44,215 nucleotides of DNA, from positions 1 to 44,215 of the forward strand of contig JBIOIY010000018.1 of NCBI GenBank assembly GCA_044450345.1, in the 5' to 3' direction. The notes below the pieces were generated by a model. It made no database searches. It was not told the DNA's origin and was given only the letters and a program-made list of their open reading frames with translations. Made by a program: the position numbers and the translations under genes. This stretch comes from Thermodesulfovibrionales bacterium. GTDB taxonomy: Bacteria; Nitrospirota; Thermodesulfovibrionia; Thermodesulfovibrionales; UBA6898. This document shows positions 8,375-16,525 of the stretch, one piece after another. Position 1 is the stretch's first letter; each line of letters opens with the position of its first letter.

Positions 8375-11368
8375 GAAGGTTATCATGACCGTCTTCTCTA
8401 CGGGCCCGAAGAGGAATCTCTCGCGCATTACTTTTACCGTGACCGTATCGCCTTTTTTCTTGTAGAGGAGGAATATCTTCAAATCATCGACACTTGCAAT
8501 CTTCGTATCATCCACGGCCAGGATGATGTCGCCTTTTTTCAGGCCCGCCTTTTCCGACACACTATCCGGCGCAAAATTCTGGACCTTGACCTTCCCGTCT
8601 TCTTCTTTCAGTACCACCATAAGCTTCGGTGTTGCGGGCGGCCTGATCGTCGAAGGGAAAAGCATGAAGTCCGAGATGCTCTTCTCGACATCCCCGTCGT
8701 TGATGATCACCGAGTAATCATCGCCATTCAGCCGGTGCGCGCGTTTAGGGATGCCGGAGCCAAAGGCAAGATGTCCAAGTCCGACGATGACAATCGCCTG
8801 GTGCCCGGGATTTTCCCGCATAAATGCGTCCAGGTTATGCGCCATCGACTCATCCCACAGGACCTGTGCCTCGTAAAAGAAGTCGAAGTTCCTGCCTTCG
8901 GAATTTCTGTGTCCCTCGAACAGCTCTCTCAGCCTTGCCTTATACGCCATATCGGAAAGGTCCATGTCCTGAGGGACCTCCTTCCTCTCATCCGCCGTCA
9001 GAGATAAGAGTCCCTCTTTCGAGACCTTCGACACTATCTCATTACGGATATTCAGGGCTGCGACCGGTATTTTATACTCCCGCGCAAAAAGAAGAATCTC
9101 CCTGTACAAAGGATAATCATATCCCCATCGTTTGAAATACTCGGACCTCTTCAGGAATTCCTTTTCGTCTGTTTTCCCGGATATATAGTCGTCGAGGGCC
9201 TTCTGAAAAGGTCTCTGGAACATCTCCATCCCGATTACGATATTCTTGTTTCTCTTGTACAGTTCCCGCAAGATCTCGTACTGCACGCGGTGGTGTTCGA
9301 ATTTGTCGTGGACCTCCCCTACATAGACTATCTTCTTGCCTCTCACCTTTTCGGCGATATCGATGATGTCGACGAGGCGCGGGATCTCGACGCCGGGGAC
9401 GTCCTCGGTCAGCATTACACCGATCCCCCTTCGGCTCTCCTCCGTCGTCTTAAGCACATTTTTCCCGTCCTTAAATGAGAGGCTGCTGTACTTGCTATAG
9501 TGAGTGATCCTGCGCATATATCCCTCGATGTCGTCCGCAAGAGGGCTGTCGACGACCGCAATGACCCCCCTGCTATTATAAGGGTTTTCTCTCACCGTAA
9601 AAGAGAAGTCCAGATCGTTCTTTTTAATCTCGCCGAAGAGACCCTTCGCAAGAGTGGTATCAGAACCGAATATAAGGGCCGAGGATGTCTTCAGGTCGTC
9701 ATACTTCACTTCGTCTTCCTTCTTGCCGGAAAAACCTTCCCCCTTCAGATACCCGGCTGCAGCGGCATATTCGTCATCCTTTCCTTTTGGGAAAACGAAT
9801 ATCTTCTTGTCGTCACCGAATAGCCTGGATATGGTCGGCGGGAATTCGTCACTTGAAAGCCGTCTGAATACGTCGTAATTATCATCCAGGACCAGCCGGG
9901 CCGGCGACCCCTCAGTTTCGATTTCCTGCTTCGTCGTCTTCTGTTGTATCTGAACGATTTCCCGTGTTTCGCCCTCCTTACGTTTCACCATCACCGGGAG
10001 GGACAATCTCAGATCATCACCCTTTTGCACAACTTCAAAAGAGACAGCGGCGTTAGAACCGCGATACTCCAGCGAGGGGTTCCTTATCTCGATCTCCGGC
10101 GCCCCCTTCCCTTCAACCCACTGTGTGAAAAACCAGGACAGGTCTCGTCCGGAGGATGTCTCGAAGGCGGCCTCGATATCCTTCCAGGAGGCGAACCTGA
10201 AACTGTTCTTTTCGACAAAAGACCTGATAGAGCGATAAAAGATCTCTTCTCCGACCATGGTCTTGAGCATGTGAAAAACCATTGCCGCCTTGCCGTATCC
10301 TATGGCCCTCGATGCGTAGTCGGTCCTCCCGGTGAACAAAGCAAGAGGGAAGTCGTTTTCGGGAGTCACATAACTCTGAAATGAAATCATGATGTCTTTC
10401 CTGTATTGCCAGCCCTTTCCTTTGAGTTCCTCATACCTGTGGTCGGCCAGATACGTAGTCAGGCCCTCGGACCAATTGCCTCCCCCGTAATCGACGTAGA
10501 CACTGTTGCCGAACCACTGATGAAGGATCTCGTGCCCCAAAGAGGTATCCACAATAAAGGGCAGTTTCACAACGTCCCTGCCGAGGAGCGTATAAGTCGG
10601 TAGGGAATATCCCGTCGGCAGCACGTTTTCCACGACGGCAAACCTCCTGAACGGATATTTACCGATTAGTACTTCATACATCGCGATATATTTTTTCGTA
10701 TATTCAATATAGGTTTTCGACAGCCCTGCGTCATCCTGCAAGAAATAGGCGACGATGTCCGTCCCGCCCTGGGAGTCCTTCTGTACGCTGTATCTGCCTG
10801 CTACAAAGGTGATCCCGCCTACCGGGTGGGGGAATGAAAAAACATACTCCCTGTATCCGTCGGCCGTTTCTTTCACCGAGACCTCATCGGCCTCCGATAT
10901 CCCTTCAAATCCCTCGGGAAGCAGGGCCCTGAGATTGAAGACCGAGATGCCTCCCACAGACGGGTACCATCCTCCCATGAGGACTATGCCCGATGTGTCA
11001 ATAGTGTTCCCGTATACAACTCCGGGGTTCTTTCCGGTGTCTGTCCGCGGTGCGGAGGTCAACTCGATCTCGTATTCTATCTCTACAGTATCTGCAGACC
11101 CGGCCGGCACCAGAGTGATCACCTTTGTGTCGGGTCCGGTCTTCAACACGCCGCCATTTACCTTCACAGACAGTATCTTGATACCGAAAAGATCGATTTC
11201 ATATTTTTTTTCCGCAGGAAGGGATATCTTCGACACACCCCTGAGTGCATGGCGCTCCAGGTCGAAGCGGACGGAAAGGTCATTGACCGGCACAGGCCCC
11301 ATTCCCGATGAGATCACAGGCATGAACAAAAAAAAAGCCAGTGATAAAGATATCACCAATCCTCGCAT
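8372..11368 (-). CDS. Secreted M1-family metallo-aminopeptidase fused to a ChaN/PhuW-like domain and a C-terminal PDZ domain
   Basis: Signal peptide MRGLVISLSLAFFLFM; HEILHQWFGN...WSEG (HEXXH-X18-E); YGKAAMVFHML; ChaN-like YVGEVHD...GMEMF...AQVLWDESMA...GLGHL; PDZ 'EKAGLKKGDIILAVD'. Confidence 0.85.
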   Translation of the reverse strand: MRGLVISLSLAFFLFMPVISSGMGPVPVNDLSVRFDLERHALRGVSKISLPAEKKYEIDLFGIKILSVKVNGGVLKTGPDTKVITLVPAGSADTVEIEYEIELTSAPRTDTGKNPGVVYGNTIDTSGIVLMGGWYPSVGGISVFNLRALLPEGFEGISEADEVSVKETADGYREYVFSFPHPVGGITFVAGRYSVQKDSQGGTDIVAYFLQDDAGLSKTYIEYTKKYIAMYEVLIGKYPFRRFAVVENVLPTGYSLPTYTLLGRDVVKLPFIVDTSLGHEILHQWFGNSVYVDYGGGNWSEGLTTYLADHRYEELKGKGWQYRKDIMISFQSYVTPENDFPLALFTGRTDYASRAIGYGKAAMVFHMLKTMVGEEIFYRSIRSFVEKNSFRFASWKDIEAAFETSSGRDLSWFFTQWVEGKGAPEIEIRNPSLEYRGSNAAVSFEVVQKGDDLRLSLPVMVKRKEGETREIVQIQQKTTKQEIETEGSPARLVLDDNYDVFRRLSSDEFPPTISRLFGDDKKIFVFPKGKDDEYAAAAGYLKGEGFSGKKEDEVKYDDLKTSSALIFGSDTTLAKGLFGEIKKNDLDFSFTVRENPYNSRGVIAVVDSPLADDIEGYMRRITHYSKYSSLSFKDGKNVLKTTEESRRGIGVMLTEDVPGVEIPRLVDIIDIAEKVRGKKIVYVGEVHDKFEHHRVQYEILRELYKRNKNIVIGMEMFQRPFQKALDDYISGKTDEKEFLKRSEYFKRWGYDYPLYREILLFAREYKIPVAALNIRNEIVSKVSKEGLLSLTADERKEVPQDMDLSDMAYKARLRELFEGHRNSEGRNFDFFYEAQVLWDESMAHNLDAFMRENPGHQAIVIVGLGHLAFGSGIPKRAHRLNGDDYSVIINDGDVEKSISDFMLFPSTIRPPATPKLMVVLKEEDGKVKVQNFAPDSVSEKAGLKKGDIILAVDDTKIASVDDLKIFLLYKKKGDTVTVKVMRERFLFGPVEKTVMITF

Positions 11369-11369
11369 A

Positions 11370-12506
11370 TTATTCTCCTCTTCTCCTTTTCGGACCACGC
11401 ACGGGTTTCGCGATCGACACCCTGTTTTTTCCGCTTTCCTTTGCTGCATACATTGCGGCGTCGGACGCCTTTATCAGGGATTCCGCAACGTCCCTTGCGG
11501 TCCCCGACGCCTTCACACTGTTTGACAGCGATGCCACGCCGATGCTGCAGGTAATGATTCCCCTGATGCAAAGTCGAGGCTCGCGCACACCGTCCCCGGA
11601 GCTTAAAAAAACATTCCCCGCGATCCCGGCCCTTATCTTTTCGGCATATGCGGCGGCCTCTTCAAGAGCAGAATCCGGCATCACCACTACATACTCGTCC
11701 CCTCCATATCGCGAAAGTACTGCCTTGGTCCCGGCGAATATCCCCTTTAGTAAGTCGGCCACCTCCTTCAGCACGAGACTGCCTGCACGGTGTCCGTGAG
11801 TATCGTTGATCTCTTTGAAGCGGTCCAGGTCGAAAAATATGATCGAGACGTCCCCGCCCCTTTTCTCCACACTCCTGACCTCCTGCACAAGGTTTGAGAA
11901 AAAGTATCTGTCGTTATAGAGGTCCGAGAGCGTGTCCTTCTTCGAGAGTTCCTCGAACCTCCTGCCTATGAGTGCATTATGTATCAGGGTTGCGGTATAC
12001 CCTGCAAAGATCTTGAGGAGCGCAAGATCATAATCGTCATAGTTCTGTCGCCCTTTTCTATTGATAAGTTCTATGACCCCGATCTTCGACCCACTGATCA
12101 CGATAGGGGCGCACACGATCGACCTCGCCCTGCCCCCGAGTCTTCTGTCGATCTCCGGATAAAATTTCGGGTCTTTCTTAACGTCCTTGCTTATATAAGG
12201 TCTCCCCTTACGGTAGGTCTCGCCGGCGATGCCGCGCGTCTCTGATAAGGCATTGCCGAGAAGGGCGCGGGAGCCCCTTCCGTAGCATGCTGCAAAGTAG
12301 AGCTGTCCGCGGCAACCGGGGTCCCACTTCAGGAGGGGATCGTCGAGAAGAATGGAGCCGGCTTCGGAGGGGACCAGTTTATTGGCCCAGGTGAGGATCT
12401 CACCGAGTATCATGCCGAGGTTCACCTCATAGGCCGTGCCGCCGTACTTCTTCTTCCGGTTTAGAAGTCTCGTAAGCGTCGGAAAATCAGCGATATTGAT
12501 CCTCAT
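11370..12506 (-). CDS. GAF-domain diguanylate cyclase (GGDEY variant)
   Basis: GAF (GIAG...RSIVCAPI...GVIELINR); D.LS.LYN.RYF, FFDLDRFKEINDTHGH, SRYGGDEY, SDAAMYAAKESGKN; ATG after GGAGG. Confidence 0.9.
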   Translation of the reverse strand: MRINIADFPTLTRLLNRKKKYGGTAYEVNLGMILGEILTWANKLVPSEAGSILLDDPLLKWDPGCRGQLYFAACYGRGSRALLGNALSETRGIAGETYRKGRPYISKDVKKDPKFYPEIDRRLGGRARSIVCAPIVISGSKIGVIELINRKGRQNYDDYDLALLKIFAGYTATLIHNALIGRRFEELSKKDTLSDLYNDRYFFSNLVQEVRSVEKRGGDVSIIFFDLDRFKEINDTHGHRAGSLVLKEVADLLKGIFAGTKAVLSRYGGDEYVVVMPDSALEEAAAYAEKIRAGIAGNVFLSSGDGVREPRLCIRGIITCSIGVASLSNSVKASGTARDVAESLIKASDAAMYAAKESGKNRVSIAKPVRGPKRRRGE

Positions 12507-12637
12507 CCTGCCTCCAAAATCAAGCCTTCCCGGAGCCTTCTTCCGTTCACCCTTTTTCTCCGGGGAATCACGGTGCGTCAAAAAACAAACATTCTAGGAT
12601 AAAGTCTATCATAAAAAGTACCAAGTTTGAGAAATTG

Positions 12638-12670
12638 TGGTAGTGTCTCAGTTTGCTGGAGACACTACCA
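12638..12670. repeat. Perfect 12-bp inverted repeat (REP-like hairpin)
   Basis: TGGTAGTGTCTC-9 nt-GAGACACTACCA in the intergenic region. Confidence 0.6.
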
Positions 12671-12819
12671 ATTGTCAGACAGGGATGACAGGTTCAGGAC
12701 CGAAGCTGTCTAGAGCGGAGGCTTACCCTCAAGGGACAAGAAATCCAAATAAAGATCCTCTGAGGTCGAAGAAGACTCAATCTTCAATCTGAAGACGTCC
12801 GAGTCGGCCTTTTGCCTTC

Positions 12820-14106
12820 TTACCCTTCTTTTTTCAGCGCCCTTTCCACGGTCCTTATCGCGCAAAACTCGCCGCACATGCTGCAGACGTCAGATTCCGT
12901 AGGCGGGACCTCGGCGCGCCACTCTCTGACCTTGTCCGGATTGAGGCTCAGCGCGATCTGGCCGTTCCAGTCGAGCGCCTTCCTGCACCTCGCCATTTTA
13001 ATGTCGGCGTCCATAGCGCCCTTGATCCCCTTTGCAATGTCTGCGGCATGGGCAGCCAGTTTCGATACGATCACCCCCTCCTTTACATCTTCTACGGTCG
13101 GCAGGCGTATGTGTTCGGACGGCGTCACGTAACAAAGGAAGTCCGCGCCTGCAGCACCCGCGACAGCACCGCCGATCGCGGCAGTGATGTGGTCATACCC
13201 CATGCCTATGTCGGTGACAAGAGGGCCAAGGACATAGAAAGGAGCGCCCTTGCATATCTCTTTTTCGATCTTGACATTAAGCTCCACCTGGTTGAGGGGC
13301 ACATGACCCGGACCCTCGATAATGACCTGCACTCCTTTTTCGACGGCCCTGTCCCTTAATTCCCCGAGTGTAAGAAGTTCTTCGATCTGCGTGCGGTCGG
13401 TAGCATCGGCAAGACAGCCGGGGCGCATGCCGTCTCCCAGGCTCAGAGTCATATCATACTCCCGCGCTAAGTCAAGCAGCCTCTCGTACTGGACATAAAG
13501 GGGATTTTCCTTTTCGTTATATACCATCCACTCGAGCAGGAGAGACCCTCCCCTGCTCACGATGTCCAATACCCTGCCCTCGCTCTTCAATCTCTCCACG
13601 GCCCTCATCGTAAGACCGCAGTGGACGGTGATAAAATCGACACCGGAGGAGGCATGGTCCTCTATCACCTTGAAAAGGTCTTCTGCAGTCATCCTGGCTA
13701 TCGCGCCTTTTTCCTCAGCAGCCCTGACCGCAGCCTCGTAGATAGGGACAGTACCAACGGCGACAGGAGACTTCCGGAGCATCATCGCGCGCAACTCCCT
13801 TATAGGGCCGCCCGTCGAAAGGTCCATCACCGCATCCGCACCATATCTTACGAGGACGTCAAGCTTCTCCATCTCTTCTTCTATCGAAACCCTGTCCTTG
13901 GACGTGCCGATGTTTGCGTTGATCTTTGTTCTCAAGCCCCTGCCGATGCCTATCGGCTTGATGCCGTGCCTTCTGTTAATGGGGATGACGCTCACGCCGT
14001 CGGCGATGTCCCCGGAGAGACATTCAGCCGTCACGCCTTCAGCCGATGCGACTTCCCTTACTTCGTCTGTAATGATCCCTTTTTTTGCCAGTTCGATCCT
14101 CGTCAT
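12820..14106 (-). CDS. thiC: Phosphomethylpyrimidine synthase
   Basis: KINANIGTS, MDLSTGG, VSRGGS, EGPGHVP, LCYVTPSEH, CSMCGEFC. Confidence 0.98.
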   Translation of the reverse strand: MTRIELAKKGIITDEVREVASAEGVTAECLSGDIADGVSVIPINRRHGIKPIGIGRGLRTKINANIGTSKDRVSIEEEMEKLDVLVRYGADAVMDLSTGGPIRELRAMMLRKSPVAVGTVPIYEAAVRAAEEKGAIARMTAEDLFKVIEDHASSGVDFITVHCGLTMRAVERLKSEGRVLDIVSRGGSLLLEWMVYNEKENPLYVQYERLLDLAREYDMTLSLGDGMRPGCLADATDRTQIEELLTLGELRDRAVEKGVQVIIEGPGHVPLNQVELNVKIEKEICKGAPFYVLGPLVTDIGMGYDHITAAIGGAVAGAAGADFLCYVTPSEHIRLPTVEDVKEGVIVSKLAAHAADIAKGIKGAMDADIKMARCRKALDWNGQIALSLNPDKVREWRAEVPPTESDVCSMCGEFCAIRTVERALKKEG

Positions 14107-14735
14107 TTTAATAGCCTCATAAATTCTTCCGTGCTCGATTTTATATTTTCGGAGGCGAGGATAGCGGAAATAAGCGCTACCCCGTATGCCCCTGCCTTCA
14201 GTACCTCGCCGACCCCCTCTCTCTTAATGCCGCCTATCGCAAAAACAGGGATCGAGACTTCATCTCTCACTCTCTCGATGGTCTGCACCCCGACGGGTTT
14301 CCCGTATCGCAGTTTGGAGGGCGTCTCGTAAATAGGACCGAGGGCCACAAAATCGGCCCCCTCCTGCTCCGCTCTCTTTGCCTCCCCTACACTATGGGCT
14401 GATGCGCCGATCAGCATATCGTTTCCGGCTGCTTTCCGTGCAGCATGCACCGGAATGTCCGATACGCCGAGGTGAACGCCATCGGCGCCCACGGCCATCG
14501 CAATGTCGACCCTTCCGTTAATGAAAAGCCTTGTCTTGTATCTCTTGGTAATCTCCCGCAAGGAATAAGCCATACCGAGCAACTCCCTTGTCCCGACATC
14601 TTTCTCTCTCAACTGCACGGCCCCAACCCCTCCCTTCAGGGACTCTTCGACTGCAGCCGGCAGCGCATCATGAGATGCGAGCATTTTTCTGTCGGTTATC
14701 AGGTAGAGCCTGAAATCTATCCGTTTATGGATCAT
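14103..14735 (-). CDS. thiE: Thiamine-phosphate synthase
   Basis: LYLITDR, VQLREKD, ADGVHLG, GPIYETPSK, FAIGGI. Confidence 0.93.
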   Translation of the reverse strand: MIHKRIDFRLYLITDRKMLASHDALPAAVEESLKGGVGAVQLREKDVGTRELLGMAYSLREITKRYKTRLFINGRVDIAMAVGADGVHLGVSDIPVHAARKAAGNDMLIGASAHSVGEAKRAEQEGADFVALGPIYETPSKLRYGKPVGVQTIERVRDEVSIPVFAIGGIKREGVGEVLKAGAYGVALISAILASENIKSSTEEFMRLLK

Positions 14736-14750
14736 GATCCACTGTCATAT

Positions 14751-15527
14751 CTACAGGAGCATTCCCTCTATGGGGCTGCTCGCTGTGGCATACAACTTTT
14801 TAGGCATCCTGCCCGCTCTGTACGCGAGTCTCCCCGCGATCACCGCATGCTTCATGGCAGATGCCATCGCGGCAGGGTCTTTCGCTCCCGCGATGCCGGT
14901 ATTGATCAAAACAGCATCGCACCCGAGTTCCATCGCAATCGCCGCGTCGGACGCCGTTCCCACACCGGCATCGACCACAACAGGCACCTTCACCGCCGTC
15001 TCGATTATGATGCGTATATTGTAGGGATTGCGAATACCGAGGCCTGAGCCTATCGGTGCACCGAGCGGCATCACCGCCGCGGCGCCGGCGTCCTCCAGCC
15101 GCTTCGCCATGATCGGGTCGTCATTGGTGTAAGGCAGAACTATGAACCCCTCCTTCGCCAGTATCTCAGTCGCCTTGAGAAGACCGATAGTGTCGGGGAA
15201 CAGGGTCCTTTCGTCTCCTATCACCTCAAGTTTTATAAGGTCCGAGATGCCGGCTTCCCTTGCGAGCCTCGAATACCTGAGCGCATCCTCTACCGTGTAA
15301 CAGCCTGCGGTATTCGGCAAGATCTTGTATTTTTTCGGGTCTATATAATCCAGGAGGTTCTCGGACTTCCTGTCAATGATATTTACCCGCCTTACAGAGA
15401 CCGTGACCACATCCGCCCCGGAGGCCTCGATAACTTTTTTCGTCTCTTCGAAGTCCTTATATTTGCCGGTGCCTACCCAAAGCCGAGATTTAAATTCGAT
15501 CCCTTTTATCACAAGTGTGTCGGTCAT
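14751..15527 (-). CDS. thiG: Thiazole synthase
   Basis: [47 protein letters not shown]. Confidence 0.98.
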   Translation of the reverse strand: MTDTLVIKGIEFKSRLWVGTGKYKDFEETKKVIEASGADVVTVSVRRVNIIDRKSENLLDYIDPKKYKILPNTAGCYTVEDALRYSRLAREAGISDLIKLEVIGDERTLFPDTIGLLKATEILAKEGFIVLPYTNDDPIMAKRLEDAGAAAVMPLGAPIGSGLGIRNPYNIRIIIETAVKVPVVVDAGVGTASDAAIAMELGCDAVLINTGIAGAKDPAAMASAMKHAVIAGRLAYRAGRMPKKLYATASSPIEGMLL

Positions 15528-15728
15528 TTATCCTCCTCCTACAAAATTGACTATCTCGACCGTGTCGCCGTCATTCAGCCTAAAGGTCTCGAATTCCTGT
15601 TTTCGAACCACCGTCAGGTTCACTTCCACCGCAACTCTGCCCGTCTGGATCTTCAGTTCCTCAAGAAGTTCTCTGACCGTGGCCGCCTTTAGATTATCGA
15701 CTGTCTGACCGTTTATCTTCAGTCTCAT
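15528..15728 (-). CDS. thiS: Sulfur carrier protein ThiS
   Basis: Ubiquitin-like fold, VAVEVN, ends EIVNFVGGG; alternative TTG start at 15737. Confidence 0.95.
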   Translation of the reverse strand: MRLKINGQTVDNLKAATVRELLEELKIQTGRVAVEVNLTVVRKQEFETFRLNDGDTVEIVNFVGGG

Positions 15729-15764
15729 AAAAAACAAAAAACCGCATCCCTTATAGGATACGGT
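15729..15764 (-). terminator. Riboswitch-controlled intrinsic terminator
   Basis: ACCGTATCC-TATAAG-GGATGCGGT followed by TTTTTGTTTTTT, between the TPP aptamer and thiS. Confidence 0.8.
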
Positions 15765-15780
15765 CCCTTACAGCGTTCAT

Positions 15781-15873
15781 CCCTAATCCCTACGCCGGAA
15801 TTGTCCGTATCAGGTTCAAGGGGTCTCTCCCGTAACACGAGAAACTCTCAGGCACATGGCCTCCCCCAAGGGT
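15781..15873 (-). ncRNA. TPP riboswitch (THI box)
   Basis: Minus strand GGGGAGGCC..TGCCTGAGAG...ACCCCTTGAACCTGATACGGACAATTCCGGCGTAGGGA upstream of thiSGEC. Confidence 0.95.
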
Positions 15874-15880
15874 CAATTCA

Positions 15881-15910
15881 AGTATAGTGCAGGAGCAGAT
15901 TTATTGTCAA
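15881..15910 (-). promoter_or_regulatory. sigma70 promoter of the thi operon
   Basis: TTGACA-18 nt-TATACT immediately 5' of the aptamer. Confidence 0.8.
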
Positions 15911-16063
15911 ACCTTCGACCTATGACTCAGGAGCTATAAATAAGTTTGGCGGTCGGGAACATCCAGACCTTGTTGATAGCGTACTGAGTACACCAAAGGA
16001 CTGGCTGTCCTTTTCCCGACTGAGCAAGATATCGGACAGGCGGTGAAAGAGAGTCCGTGGCGT

Positions 16064-16102
16064 GGACGCTGATGGTGGGTCAATTTTCAGTGCCGATGTA
16101 CA
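16064..16102. mobile_element. Orphan IS21-family-like terminal inverted repeat
   Basis: Reverse complement TGTACATCGGCACTGAAAATTGACCCACCATCAGCGTCC has the TGT...AAAATTGACCCAC pattern recalled from IS1326-like ends; no istAB present. Confidence 0.5.
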
Positions 16103-16249
16103 CTTTTGAGAGATTTGGAAGAGATCTGGTATTATTTGTCAAAGGATTTGCATGGTTTATCCTGGACAGGAGGTCTCAACCGAAGGCCGATGAGATTGCT
16201 GCAGGGCTTTGTACTGCATATAATATTCTTCGAAGAGGAGGATGAAGTG

Positions 16250-16438
16250 ATGAAGAGACTATTTAGTTACGTAATGGTTATCATGATGCTTTTTGGGCTT
16301 GTGGGCATCGTCTGGGGCGAAGTGAAGGCAAAACACGGTATCGCCGCGGAAGCTGAGGCAATGGTGAAAAGGGCAATAGCGTCTATGAAAAGCAACGGGA
16401 AGGAAGCCACGTCTGCAGAGATCAATGACCACGAATAG
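16250..16438 (+). pseudogene. Truncated periplasmic single-Cache (sCache_2-like) protein
   Basis: Signal peptide then G.AAEAEAMVKRAIA.MK.NGKE...AEIN, the typical sCache N-terminal helix; TAG is followed in frame by residual RDL. Confidence 0.65.
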
Positions 16439-16525
16439 CGGGACTTATCGGACACAAAGCGAATTTAGCATCGCGCTGCCAAGGGTGCTTTCTGACGGCG
16501 AAGGAAAACCTGACAAGGGAGATTG

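Noticed and set aside
11690..11710. GGDEY as a sign of an inactive cyclase
   Set aside because: The catalytic D/E residues and other cyclase motifs are retained; an aromatic F-to-Y change alone is not evidence of degeneration.
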